This document shows positions 27,701 to 39,854 of a stretch of 64,000 nt of DNA, piece by piece. The notes beneath the pieces are model-generated. The model searched no databases. It was not told where the DNA came from and saw only the letters and a list, made by a program, of their open reading frames with translations. Each line of letters opens with the position of its first letter. Position 1 is the stretch's first letter. Made by a program: the position numbers and the translations under genes. Source of the DNA: Trichoplax adhaerens (Eukaryota; Animalia; Placozoa); assembly GCF_000150275.1 (NCBI RefSeq), contig NW_002060963.1, forward strand, positions 917,284 through 981,283. The letters run 5' to 3'.

Positions 27701-28356
27701 CAGGTGGATTGATCGTACAATGTAGGTCAAGAGCTTTTATTAATGATGTGGCAAGCCAGTGCAAGAGTTCAACAAAATTTTGAGACTCTAATCCAGTTCT
27801 CATTGCATCTCGAAAGGTCTGACGATGTAACATTGGGCCATCGTACCTATCATTCCAATTGAAGTCGCATCAATAGTTAATCAAATTGGCCATTTTCATG
27901 ACAACATTACTTCCAAAACAGCTGAAAAGCAATCAAACTACAGTCCATCCATTACTATCCACTACGTCATCCAATCCGTCAAATCAGCTCAAGTCTAGAG
28001 CCACTAAATCATTCAATCGCAATCTATTTAGACATGGATACTGTACGAAACCCAATAGGCAGTTGATTGGCCTTTACTATGTCTCTGACTTAAAATACAA
28101 CGTATAAAATGCAGTCTTTACGCCTAACTCATTGGAATACTTTGTGTTGATTTTAAAGCGATAAAATCAACTTTAACCGTGGATGAAATGACCAATATCA
28201 TGATAGAGTAGTTGCGTTTACTGGCCATTTATAATTCTACAGTAGAGTACAGTAAGAAAGCAGTCGATTGACTATGATAAACTTGCATGATCAAGTACAG
28301 CAGCAAGATTAATCATACCCTAAATCATCCAAAGACTGCAGTAAGCCAGCTTCCAT
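24712..28356 (-). CDS. FAM98: FAM98 family protein (tRNA ligase complex subunit), multi-exon
   Basis: Exon 1 MEAGLLQSLDDLG (28319-28356); YDGPML..GLESQNFVELLHWL; YLCTELHAA; YTMRKQMLLTRLDVTIQSFYWADR; LLRVSKTCSG..VNKVVIGK; VPDRGGR; G/R-rich tail ending GARGRNVFHS* (stop 24712). Confidence 0.92.
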
Positions 28357-28701
28357 CTTGTTTAGCAACAGTGTAGCATTCCCCTCCAATGGCTGAAAAT
28401 GATACGTTGCCAGCCAGTACTATAGAGAACAGTAGGTGAGCTCTTTTTGCTTGACTTGACCAGAGAACGAATGCTCCTATACTGGGCACAGTGGTCACAC
28501 TGGTTGACTAATTTTGTGCTAAGCTTTGACACTGAGTCTTTTCCTGACCGGCAAAAGTCAACGGGTCCAGAATCTGTACAAATGAATCGTGGATGCTACA
28601 AGGTACCTTGATAAGGCTGCTTTCAGCAGATGCTTGTTAGCTAGGATGACTATGTAGAAAGAGAGCACCTCGATCAATCTAGAAAGTAGTGATATAATTG
28701 A

Positions 28702-30650
28702 TTCCAGCCGACAAAGTTCGATGGAAACTACTCTAGGGATTTTCGATCGAAAAGGATTTGGACAGCCAGGCCCGATTTGGCCCGCTAACGCATTTCTTGG
28801 ATTACTGTACAGTAGAGAGACACAGCGAGGTTTGCGTGTGTTGTTCAATCGACATGGACTACTGGAAAGACGGAACATGCGTTGCTGTATCGCTCCAGCT
28901 GCTCAACTCAGAACGGTGGCGCAGCAGATGCAGGCTGCCATACAATTGTATGTCCGCTCTTGGCTGTCAGTGTAGTACTGTATAAGTAAGATTATATCAA
29001 AATTGTGGCAACATTGAGATGAAATCTCCCCATTCCAGCCGATAATGTGCTGTAGAAAGTACTGTAGGCAGTTTCGATCGAAAAGGATTTGGACAGCCAA
29101 GCCCGATTTGGCCCGCTAACGCATTTCTGGATTACTGTACAGTACAGTAGAGAGACACAGTGAGGTTTGCGTGTGTCGTTCAATTGACATGGACTACTGG
29201 AAAGACGGAACATGCGTTACTGTATCGCTCCAGCTGCTCAACTCAGAACGGTGGCACAGCAGATGCAGGCTGCCATACAATTGTATGTCCGCTCTTGGCT
29301 GTCAGTACACGTACAGTACGAGTAAAATTATATCAAAATTGTAGCAACATTGAGAAGAAATCTCCCCATTCCAGCCGATAATGTGCTGTATAAAGTACTG
29401 TAGGCAGTTTCGATCGAAAAAGGATTTGGACAGCCAAGCCCGCTACGACGAATTTCTGGACAGAGACACAGTGAGGTTTGCGTGTGTCAGTTCGATCGAC
29501 ATGGACTACTGGAAAGACGGAAGACGCGTTGTTGTCCGCTCCAGCTGCTCAACTCAGTAAGGTGGCACAGCAGATGCCGGCCGCCATACAATTGTATGTC
29601 CGTTCTCGGCTATCAGAGTAGTACTGCCATAGGTAAGATTCTGTAGAAATTGCAACAACATTGAAAAGAAACCTCCCCATTCCAGCCGATAAAGGGCTAT
29701 ATAAACTACCGTAGGGAGTTTCCATCGAAAAAGGATTTGGACAGCCAGGCCCGATTTTGGCCCGCTGACGAATTTCTGGATTACTGTACAGAGAGACAGA
29801 GTGATGTCTGCGTGTGTCGTGCAATCGACATGGACTACTGGAAAGACGGAAGACGCGTTGTTGTACCGCTCCAGCCGCTCAACTCACTACGGTGTCGAAT
29901 TAGATGCAAGCCGTGATACAATTGTATGCCCGTTCTTGGCTGTCAGTGCAGTATAGGCAAGATTGTATAGAAATTGCAGCAACGTTGAAAAGAAATCTCC
30001 TCCTTTCCAGCCGATAAAATGCTATATAAACTACTGTAGGGAGATTCGATCCAAAAAGGATTTTGACAGCCAGGCCCGATTTGGTTCGCTGATGAATTTC
30101 TGGATTACTGTACAGAGAGACAGAGTGACGTCTGCGTGTGTCGTTCATTCGACATGGACTACTGGAAAGACGGAAAACGCGTTGTCGTCCCGCTCCAACC
30201 GCTCAACTGAGTAGGGGTGGAACAGCAGATGACGGCCGCCATACAATTGTATGGCCGTTCTTGGCTGTCAGTGCAGTATAGGCAAGATTGTATAGAAATT
30301 GCAACAACGTTGAAAAGAAATTTCCTCCTTTCCAGCCAATAAAATGCCATATAAACTACTGTAGGGAGTTTCGATCCAAAAAGGACTTTGACAGCCAGGC
30401 CCGATTTGGTTCGCTGATGAATTTCTGGATTACTGTACTGTACAGAGAGACAGAGTGACGTCTGCGTGTGTCGTTCATTCGACATGGACTACTGGAAAGA
30501 CGGAAAACGCGTTGTCGTCCCGCTCCAACCGCTCAACTGAGTAGGGGTGGCACAGCAGATGCTGGCCGCCATACAATTGTATGGCCGTTCTTGGCTGTCA
30601 GTGCAGTATAGGCAAGATTGTATAGATATTGCAGCAACGTTGAAAGAAAT
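28702..30650. repeat. Tandem array of six 311-336 bp GC-elevated units between head-to-head FAM98 and PSMD8
   Basis: Anchor TTCCAGCC at 28702, 29033, 29369, 29680, 30005 and 30330. Each unit carries GACAGCCA(A/G)GCCCG, GACATGGACTACTGGAAAGACGGAA, an ATACAATTGTAT palindrome and TTGGCTGTCAG (one unit varies). Confidence 0.97.
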
Positions 30651-30796
30651 CGTCCATTGTCATCAAGACGGTGACACAATCGACTGACTATCGCTATAGT
30701 AAAGCATAAAATCCGTGGTAACGGTAGACTACTGACTGCATGTTGAGCTGGTTTTAGTCCATGATACAGCAGAAAATAGTTTAAGGCAAATTGGTC

Positions 30797-33678
30797 ATGG
30801 CTCCTGACAACTTTTCCAACGTTTTGCAAAATTTTAATACTTTAAACAAGGAATGGCACTCTGCCCGTCCTGATCTGGCTAAATGTGGTAGCCTTCTTAC
30901 GCAACTAAAGGTAATGGCTGAGACAGTGGAATTTTTATTGCTGTAAATTGTGTACAATGTTGAATCTAAAGTGAGCGGTGAAAAAGCGACAGCAGAGAAA
31001 GGACAGCATGTTTTTACAGGCAGCCAAGCGACGCCGATTGAATCATGTCTTTCTAGTAATGGAATCAATTTAGATGGAAGTGATGTCTTAGATGGCATGA
31101 GAATCCTGTAAGGATGGAGAAATAGGGGGATAATAGCCGATAAAGTGAAGTTGAATCTTCTTGATGGATACCTGTAACGCACTATCAAACTAGTGAATAG
31201 TAATGAATTATGGAGTCATCATCATTCATTGATTGTACTGCACTTTGTTAGATTGTCTGTAGTTTTTCCCGGCCAATGTGAATCTGAGACATCATCCATT
31301 TCCTAACTGATTCGTCAATGTCACTTGTCGATAACAAGTCATCCATCAACGATATATATTAATCTAGTTATAGTGCACTTGATCGATTTGTAGATGACAA
31401 GAAGTTTTACTCCATACCACTTTCATTACGCATTCTATAAACGATCATCAAACCAGTCACGAAATAAATAAAGCATAATGCAGTAATGATGAGATTTGGA
31501 TAAATATCTTACAATCATCTCTCAAATTAAAGTCGGAAGATATTCTAACTTATAGCGTTCCTTTTGAAAGTTCTATGTTCAACATTCATCTTGCTCTAAA
31601 ACTGATGCATAGAATTTTTAGCTCAAGATAGTCAGCAAAACTGAACGTACATCGTACAATCGTACGTATACGTTACTACAACCTGACTGGCAGGGCGTAG
31701 ATGGATCATTCAATAGACATCGACCCTTTTATCCTAAGGCCAAGATATTGCGAGATTTATCACATTCAATTAATTGTACGACCTCGATTATAGTCAAGAC
31801 TTGAGTTTACTTTATAATGAGATCAGGTTGATATGAATAGTTTAAAATTTAAAACGCAAAATCAATCCAGTAGTTACCAATAAAATTAATGACAAATATA
31901 AGTGATTGAATCGTAGATTTGTTGCTCTCTGTTCTTATTGATAGATTGCACTGGCCACCACTTCACTGCTACCGACGGATAAAATTGGACAGGATACCGA
32001 CACTCTGGTTGTCGCTCGTAAGTTATTGCTGTTTGGCCGATAATTATATACTGTATGTCGCAGTAGAGACTTTAGTAGGAGTTATCATTCCTTTCTTGTT
32101 GTATACTACTAGATATTTGTATGGTATTCTAGAATAATATGGCATTTAATGTACCGACCAAGATAATATCCGATCTCTAGTATGACTATTTGAACAAATT
32201 GATTCTTCATTGATTTAGGGGGTACTTTGGAAATTGGGGCGCAATGGAGTATCGCTAAGAAAGATATTCAATCATTTCAACGATATATGACCCAATTGAA
32301 GCCTTATTATATTGATTATAGGTCAGAAATAGTAGGATTGTTGCTGGATTTACGTTTTATTTTCATGATAGCCCATTAGTGATATCTTTTAGATATGCTC
32401 TTGCTAATGTGCCATTTTTAATTCAACCTTTGCATCTTTTACAGTGATATTCTCCCGGAATCGCCGTATATGTATCAATTACTCGGTCTAAATTTGCTGG
32501 CTTTGCTAGCTGAAAATAGATTAGCCGAATTTCACATAGTGAGTTGTTAATTATCATTTGCTATTCCGCAGCATTGAGTAAGATTATCGTCGATAGCGTT
32601 TACGTCGAAACAGCCAACAATAGAATCAGTTCTTACCGGGATTTACTCATTGATTTTTAGGAATTAGAACTATTACCTCCTTCAGAAATTTATAGTAACA
32701 TCTATATTAAACATCCAACAACAATTGAACAGGTGGGATCACGTAGTTGTATAACAAAAATCCTGTAATAATTATATAGATATAATTGGTTTTAGTTTGA
32801 TGACTGGAAATGATAAGTCAGCTAAAACGCTCTTGTGATACAAGTAACCATGCATAGATATTTGCCACTATATTTTAGTCATACTAAGTCGAGCAACTTA
32901 AATGTTTTTTAGTTAAAACTTTGAGATTTTCAATTTGTAAATTGTTTTCACCACTTTCTATATTGACTGGCTGCAATGATGTTAAATAGTACCTAATGGA
33001 AGGCAGCTATAATAAGGTAACCCGTGTACTATTGCGTCTCTGTACAATAAGTTGCATCATTGAAAAAATGGTAGTTAATTTATAGATTCTGTGCTCATTT
33101 AGGTTTTCCTTGCTCGCGGAAATGTGCCTGCTGAAAGTTATAACTTTTTTATGGATATCCTAGTCAACACAATGAGGTGTGACGTTGCTAGACTTTGAAA
33201 TTCTTTGCTACTTGCTTTATCGTGCATCACATTTATAGTAAGCATATCGGAGCGGATTGATAATTGGTTTAATGTTTATAAATGCTTTTACTTACGAAGG
33301 GACTCTATTGCTGACTGCGCTGAGAAGGCTTATAAAACGTTACTATTTAAAGAGGCAGGTAGAATATTTTTTTTCGATAATCAGAGGGAGTTAGAAGAAT
33401 ATACAGAAAAGGTGATTCGAATTTATATCTTACATAACATGCAAAGTAGCCTATACTTTATTACTATTACTGTATACATCTGGTACCTGCTTGTAAGTGT
33501 AACTATTATCATTTCTATGATTGTAAAACAGAGAGGCTGGAAAACTGACCCCAGTAAAACATATTATACTTTACGTGAAAATGACGAAAACCATGAAGCG
33601 GATGTCTTTACGGTCAATACTAATAAGATATCTGGATATCTACTTGAATATGCTCGCGAAATGGAAAAGATTGTTTAG
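30797..33678 (+). CDS. PSMD8: 26S proteasome non-ATPase regulatory subunit 8 (Rpn12), 9 exons
   Basis: [38 protein letters not shown]; [35 protein letters not shown]; [26 protein letters not shown]; [18 protein letters not shown]; 27-nt exon YLMEGSYNK (32990-33016); [29 protein letters not shown]; [10 protein letters not shown]. Confidence 0.96.
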
Positions 33679-34646
33679 GATATTTTACATTATCGCACAA
33701 TGTACATCCATGTTCCCTTTTTTTATATAATATTGCGATTTAGTACCCGGTAGTCTACTTTCTGTTTTGTACTTTCAATTTTAATAAGAATCTTCGGTCA
33801 GATGGTCGCTAAATTTGTGGTCTCATATGCAAGTTTCTTGTCTATCTGTGTCAAGCATCACGTTGAGCAGTTAATTTAAACGTTAACGGTTAATTGTAGT
33901 CTAACAATTACGTATTTGTAGTTATACCTACAAGATATCGCAAGTATAATTTACATATCTATTCCTATTAGCTTGTTTATATGCTCTTTAAAATGTTTTT
34001 GTACGTGCAGCAAGTCACGTGAAATCATAACATAAAAATAAAATTTAATATCTTCAACATAAATGATAGAACTTGGAATATAGCTACTTGAACCAACTGT
34101 CGTCACTGACTTTTCTGCATTTTAATGTAACATCCTTGGTCTAATAAGTAAACTTTAAATCGTCCCCAAACTTTAAGAAATCATTTAAAGCTTATCTTAT
34201 TATGACATTCCATTTATGCAATTACAATCTGTTTTTTTAATTTCTTGAAATTAGTTTGTAGAATAATGTCCAATTTACGTACAATATTAGGTAATGAAAA
34301 ATTTCGAAATCCAAGATTTATTAGGATAGAATATCGATAGGGATACTTATTTTTTTAACTGTTAAAATCTGATCTACTTCACTCAAGTATTAATCGGGCT
34401 AAATAGGATACAAGTAAGTGATCTCCCTATTCACTTATATCAGTATAAATTTACAGTAAGATAATTTCCAAATTAAAGTTAACATTTACAAAGTGTTTGT
34501 TAACGCAGTCTTAATCTTTAATACAATACCATTGCAAACTTGCCATATTATACAATAATATTAAAAATTCTTTCTAGAAGTAATATTCCAATAACTATTC
34601 ATCACAAATACCCTATAGAATACTATACTCTAACGGAAATATAGCA

Positions 34647-36955
34647 CTAGGTTTTTTTGGGTGGCTTTGTCGGGCCTTTAATGAATATCGGTTTTATATT
34701 TTTAGGTTTATATGAACTATAAGGAGATACTGGATGGCCAACTATCAAAATTGGATTTTTTTTAATCCATAGTCTCCATGTAGATTTATGAAATCCGCGA
34801 ACGTCAAGCTAAGAAACAATAAAACAGAAATTAGACAGATAATACGTCAACCTTCATAACGAACAATCACTTTAAAATTTGAATTCGATTATGTATCAAG
34901 TAGAAATAAAAGAGTAACTGCTACTTACGTCCCATAATTTCCAACATTTTGCAATTTGCAACCAGGTTTCGTAATCCGAGAGTTTAGTCATTTGAATGTA
35001 TACAACATACGTTACATCAGTAGTATTTGGTACAAAATCGTGATGGCAAGGGGATATGGCGTGATTTAATACGACAGCGTTCTGAACTAACTTATGCATT
35101 AATTTTTCATAATTCTTCTGGCGCAGATCTTCAATACCTCTTAAGACCGCGTTGGCATCCGTATTCAGTTTATGAGCTGTGAAATAGGCATCCTGAAAGT
35201 AATTATTCATGTTGACACCTTGGGATCCAAAGTGGAATGTTCTTGAGATATCAGGAATTACACATTCACGCCCTTTTCGCATAGTAGGAGTCCGCATCCA
35301 CATGTCCCAATCGAAAAAGGCTTCTGGTCCGGGCCAATGAGGTTCCAGTTCTTCTTTAAATAAGCTCCTTTTTAACATCCACCCTAACCCAGGCATAGTT
35401 TCAACACGATACAATCGGGTAGGATCATTAGAAGAGTGCTTATAACCTTGATCGTTCCAAGCGGATATGCAATAAATATCTTTGTCGTCAATTAAGGGCA
35501 GCGTTTGACTAAAATAACTAAAAAAATCTACGGACACATCTAAATCCTCTTCTAATACAATCAAATATTTAGCTTCAGGATGTAAGTCAAAAGCAGCAGA
35601 TAAGCTGGCTTTATAGTGCTGGGCAATTCGTCCATTACGCTTACTCACGGGCTTATGTTGTACAGCGCGAATGCCAAATAAATTGCATACGGCTAATGGC
35701 TCGTCAAAAAAGCCGTCTATAAAGACAGTAATAAGAGATTTGGTAGCACCCTTCGCTGATAATAACGATTGTAACATTCGAAACAAATAATACGGTCGAT
35801 TACTAGCAATAACAGCTACAGGCACATTGGCAACTCGATTATTTAGTAACGAAGGTGAAGCAATATCAATCGGCTGAGGATTACTACAAGCACATAACCG
35901 TCCATAGCCTTCGTATCTATTACATAATGTAGCTCTTCGCCGGTTTTCATCATTCTTCGGCCAATTACATCTTCTTTCTTGATTCGTTTTTAACTGAATT
36001 TGAGCAGAGATTTTACATGGCTTGGCCCATTCATCTAATTTCGGTGAAAGAGCGCGTGCTTCAGCATAGTGGACCCCATTTTTAGCGATTATCATTGTCC
36101 ACATATCTCTCCATTTAATCGTTAACGCATATTTACTACCTAGCATAGCTAGTGCTTGTCGAGCATGCTTTCGGATGCTAAATGTGCCTTCATCTAAGAT
36201 AGTAAAGCATAAAATTCTGTCATCGGATACCATATCGATAAATTGGATCATCAAGTTGTCCGCTTTGCCAGCATAAGTATCGAATCTTCGAGCAGCCATA
36301 ACAGCACCATTATATTGATTAATGGCAAGAATATGAATTCCTCGCTCCTTTTCCGAAGTAGCTTGCAAGACGACAGTACCATCAATAGCGACAGAAGCAT
36401 TTTTTCGACTAGATAGTACCTATAAAATTGGAGAAAGACAGTCATTATTATTAATATTCTATATTAAAATAAATTCAACAGTTTCGAATTCATCCATGAT
36501 CAAAGATTGCATGTCTTTACTGTATTTAGTTAATATGCCTTGAAGGTAAAAGATTGAATTCAAACTGAAGGCAATATGATCACGTCATCAGTAAATCGAT
36601 GCCACCCATAATGCAGTCTAAAAACTGGCGTACTGCAATCAGTTTCATTCATTATTATCAAGTTGTCGTTGATTCCAATTCAATTTACCTCGATAAAAAC
36701 CGCAGTTTTGGCTGTATCGGATTTCTGCTTATTGTAGCCATCAGCTGATTGGCGATTTCCTACATGATCATAGGAATAATCGGTATTCGGCCTATTCTGT
36801 AATAGCTCACTAAGTACAAGCCATACATTGACTACAATTGTAATCAAGACAACTAAGAATAAGATAATTTTAATAAAAGTCCATAAACCGCGCTTTCGCG
36901 ATATCCATTTTAAATGCGATCGTGAAGATTTGATACGATTGGGGGGGCACATCAT
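34647..36955 (-). CDS. POMGNT1: Protein O-linked-mannose beta-1,2-N-acetylglucosaminyltransferase 1, 3 coding exons
   Basis: Type II TM exon (~36688-36955); large exon (~34929-36419) with stem domain RGIHILAINQYNG..FDTY and GT13 motifs VAVIASNRPYYLFRML, IAQHYKASL, VLEEDLD, YCISAWNDQGY, LYRVETMPGLGW, WDWDMW-like FDWDMWMR, GRECVIPDISRTFHFG; last exon LDVRGFHKSTWRLW..PYS..* (stop 34647). Confidence 0.95.
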
Positions 36956-37244
36956 AATTTTCCTCGTGATTTCCTACTGGAAGACATACTATGATAATCT
37001 AATCGATCATTTAAACAAACGATGGCATCTCCTATGCCACAACCATAGTCATGAAGATAAGGTTGCTATCAGGATGCTTTATTTCTTCTTCTACAGCTAG
37101 ATCAATACCAACTGGAATAACCTTCTCATTAATAAGATGATTCGCCTTTCTTCGTCAACGATTAGCAATCGCCATAAACGTTCGAAAGTATTCCTGCAGA
37201 TCTGCAGCTGTTACTGACTTCCTGTATTGTATAGTCACCGTTTG

Positions 37245-37345
37245 GTACAGTATTACAGTTTTGTAGTGTACAGTGTACAGTCCCTAAAAACTTCTTGACA
37301 TTGTACAGTAGATGTACTGTACACTGTAGAGTGCATACTGTATAA
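37245..37345. promoter_or_regulatory. ACTGTAC/TACAGT motif cluster upstream of POMGNT1
   Basis: GTACAGTATTACAGT, GTGTACAGTGTACAGT, TGTACAGTAGATGTACTGTACACTGTAG; an ETS-like ACTTCCTG lies at ~37217. Confidence 0.45.
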
Positions 37346-37859
37346 TAGTGTATATGTTAATAGATTGACAGCCGAGTGATTCAATGGCCCCAAAACAGTT
37401 GAGTTTGAACAAGGCCAAACTCATTTTTGGGGGACGTTTTTGACTATATTAGGGTCTTTGGATGCATTTTCATTTTGTATCTGGTCATTTCCAGGAATGG
37501 CCGTCTTCGTTTTCGATGCAGTCTACGCGTACAGTGCAGTACACTACTGTAGATCACGAGCGCAAGGGTTCAGCGTCTTTAATTTCGTTTTAGATACTTT
37601 GACCTGGGAAAAATGGAACTAAAACTAACGGGCGAATGCAGTTTACTGCAGTATACCGACATCTGGCTAATCTTTGAGTTCACTGTAGTATATAGAAATG
37701 GTTGTACAGCATAGATAGCAATACTTTTCATTTATACTTTTATTAAAATATCATCATTATATATATGTTTTATATATATGTCATATATCTATCAATATAT
37801 ATGTTATATATACGTATATATATATTAAAATAATCTTGTGCCGCGTGCGTAACCCTTTA

Positions 37860-37985
37860 TTTAGACCAATCAGAACGTACGATAGGCGATGACGTAAGCA
37901 TTAACTAGCCAATGAATACGCTTGAAGCCGACATAGGAGTTCAGTTGCAGGCTTGCAGCTATCCACTCCAGCGAAAGGTAAGCCC
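37860..37985 (+). promoter_or_regulatory. Pol II promoter (two CCAAT boxes, CRE-like site) with a short first exon and strong donor
   Basis: GACCAATCAG (~37864), ATGACGTAA (~37889), AGCCAATGA (~37907), then a GC-elevated ~55-nt segment ending AAAG|GTAAG at 37977/37978. Confidence 0.55.
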
Positions 37986-38499
37986 GGTTATCCCAATTTT
38001 CCTGCTCAGAATAAGCATACTCTTCTTCCAGAATAATTTGTGTGCTACACTATCGATGAACTCTCAACGACCACCTCCATCTACACTTATAGTGATGCAC
38101 CTATATTTGATTCTACTGATAGCTATATTTGATATAGTTCGGTTACTTTGAATGGATCTTATCGTCAAGCTCATATAAGATGATTGCTAACTACTATATT
38201 AGCTATTGTCGATGACTTATAGTAGCCAGTTGAGTAATCATAGTACAAGATTTATGTAGCTAGAAAAATTGTAGTTGTTAAGATGCCCCTCGAAGAAAGG
38301 GCCTAGACGTTAATAGAAGAGCACTGACATCTTAAGTAGGAGATTTAGATTATAGAAATAATGATGTATTATTAGAGAAAAGTATTTTGTTTGATGACTC
38401 ATGTCTGATTGTAGATTAATCAAGTTGTCATAAATGGATTAACGAAATGTTTATAAAAAACTGCAGAGATGAACCCACGGAGGAGAAGAAACTGTACTT

Positions 38500-39110
38500 C
38501 GCTTTGAGCTCGGAATACTTTCGATTTTAGACTAGATTCTTGTAGTAATTAACTATTGCCCTACTACTGCTGGTAGCACCAGTCGTCGCTGCTGATATTG
38601 CAGCACTACCCAACATGCTTCCAGCGCCAACTGTAGAAGCTCAACCAAAAGACTACACTGCTTCATGCATTTTTTAGCATTTAAAGCCCTTTCGCCTTCT
38701 AATAAAATAGGATGAGCTCTATAGTTCTGAACTAAAGGCTACACCTCCAGCTAAAATACTACTACTTACTGCTATCAAGCGCAATCCGACACCAATTTGC
38801 ATATCTGACGTAGTACCCAAAATATGATTTGTATATTTTCTCATCTCGTTCTCCTGATTATCTATGTTATTGTTTCATGTAACATGAATATCTGTCAATA
38901 TTAGCAAAACTTTAACTTCAGTTCTGAAGTTCTTAAAAAGGAATTTCACAGTAAATTATATAATAACGATTTAGATCATTTACTCACACACTAGATTTAA
39001 TGATCCTTAATATATACACGGTAAAATTCTCAGTTTGCTATTATATGGCTTCATGGCTAGTAATGTACGCGAAAAATTGTTGCCATATGCTGCCTTCAGA
39101 AACCAAAGAA
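38500..39110 (-). pseudogene. Possible decayed gene with Gly/Ala-rich hydrophobic segments
   Basis: Fragments DNQENEMRKYTNHILGTTSDMQIGVGLRLIAVSSSILAGGVAFSSEL* and ASTVGAGSMLGSAAISAATTGATSSSRAIVNYYK, interrupted by stops. Confidence 0.25.
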
Positions 39111-39854
39111 ATTGCTATAAACGAGACAGGAAGTTGGCGTTTAGTGGTTATTACTTGACCGTACAGCAAAATGTACTTGGGCGCCTTTGATTTCGGGTAA
39201 TTTACATAGATTGTCAAAAAATCATCCTTACTATATATTAAAATGATTTGTTCGGATTTTGCACGTGATGCGTATTCGCAAAAAAAAGATGTTGATAGCT
39301 TAAAGGACTCAATATATAGGCATGGATTAATTATATACTATAGATATTCAATGATGAATAAGGATATAGGTAACTATCGCTCATAGTGCGGGTACAATCT
39401 AATTGATCTAGTTGATAATTATAATTTAATTCATTTATTTTGCCATTTCATGCACGGAAAGTAAGAGTAACAAACTATGCCCATCAGACATCACTCTAGA
39501 ACTATTAAATCTGAAATTTTTAATCGGTAGATTGAGACTCATTTTAAGAATTAATTATTGGATATTCAGTATCATTAAAAAATTGCTAAGTATTTAGATC
39601 TGTCGGCCAAGAATTATTCTCAGTCCAATGTCAAAATATGGCTAACAATTTGGTAAGCAAGGTGTTTTTGAAGCTTTATCATAAGAGCAAAGGCATCTCC
39701 GTGAAGGATTCGTCACTAGAGAATGAAGAGTCTAGAGTTTCATTTTTAAAGTTTTTATTGGCTTAAGAATGTTCAAAACGTATGATAATAGTTTCAGCGT
39801 AAACGGAAGTATCTCGATTCTATTAGCGCTGAAAATACGTCTATAAACCCCAAA

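Noticed and set aside
28558-30829. Many overlapping 65-108 aa ORFs on both strands in the array; also considered a CRISPR-like array
   Set aside because: Units differ by non-triplet indels so frames are not conserved. There are no unique spacers or cas genes, and the context is eukaryotic.
30781-31188. 135-aa - strand ORF
   Set aside because: Antisense to PSMD8 exon 1 and intron 1; no homology signal.
37745-37830. (TA)-rich stretch
   Set aside because: Ordinary degenerate TA microsatellite.
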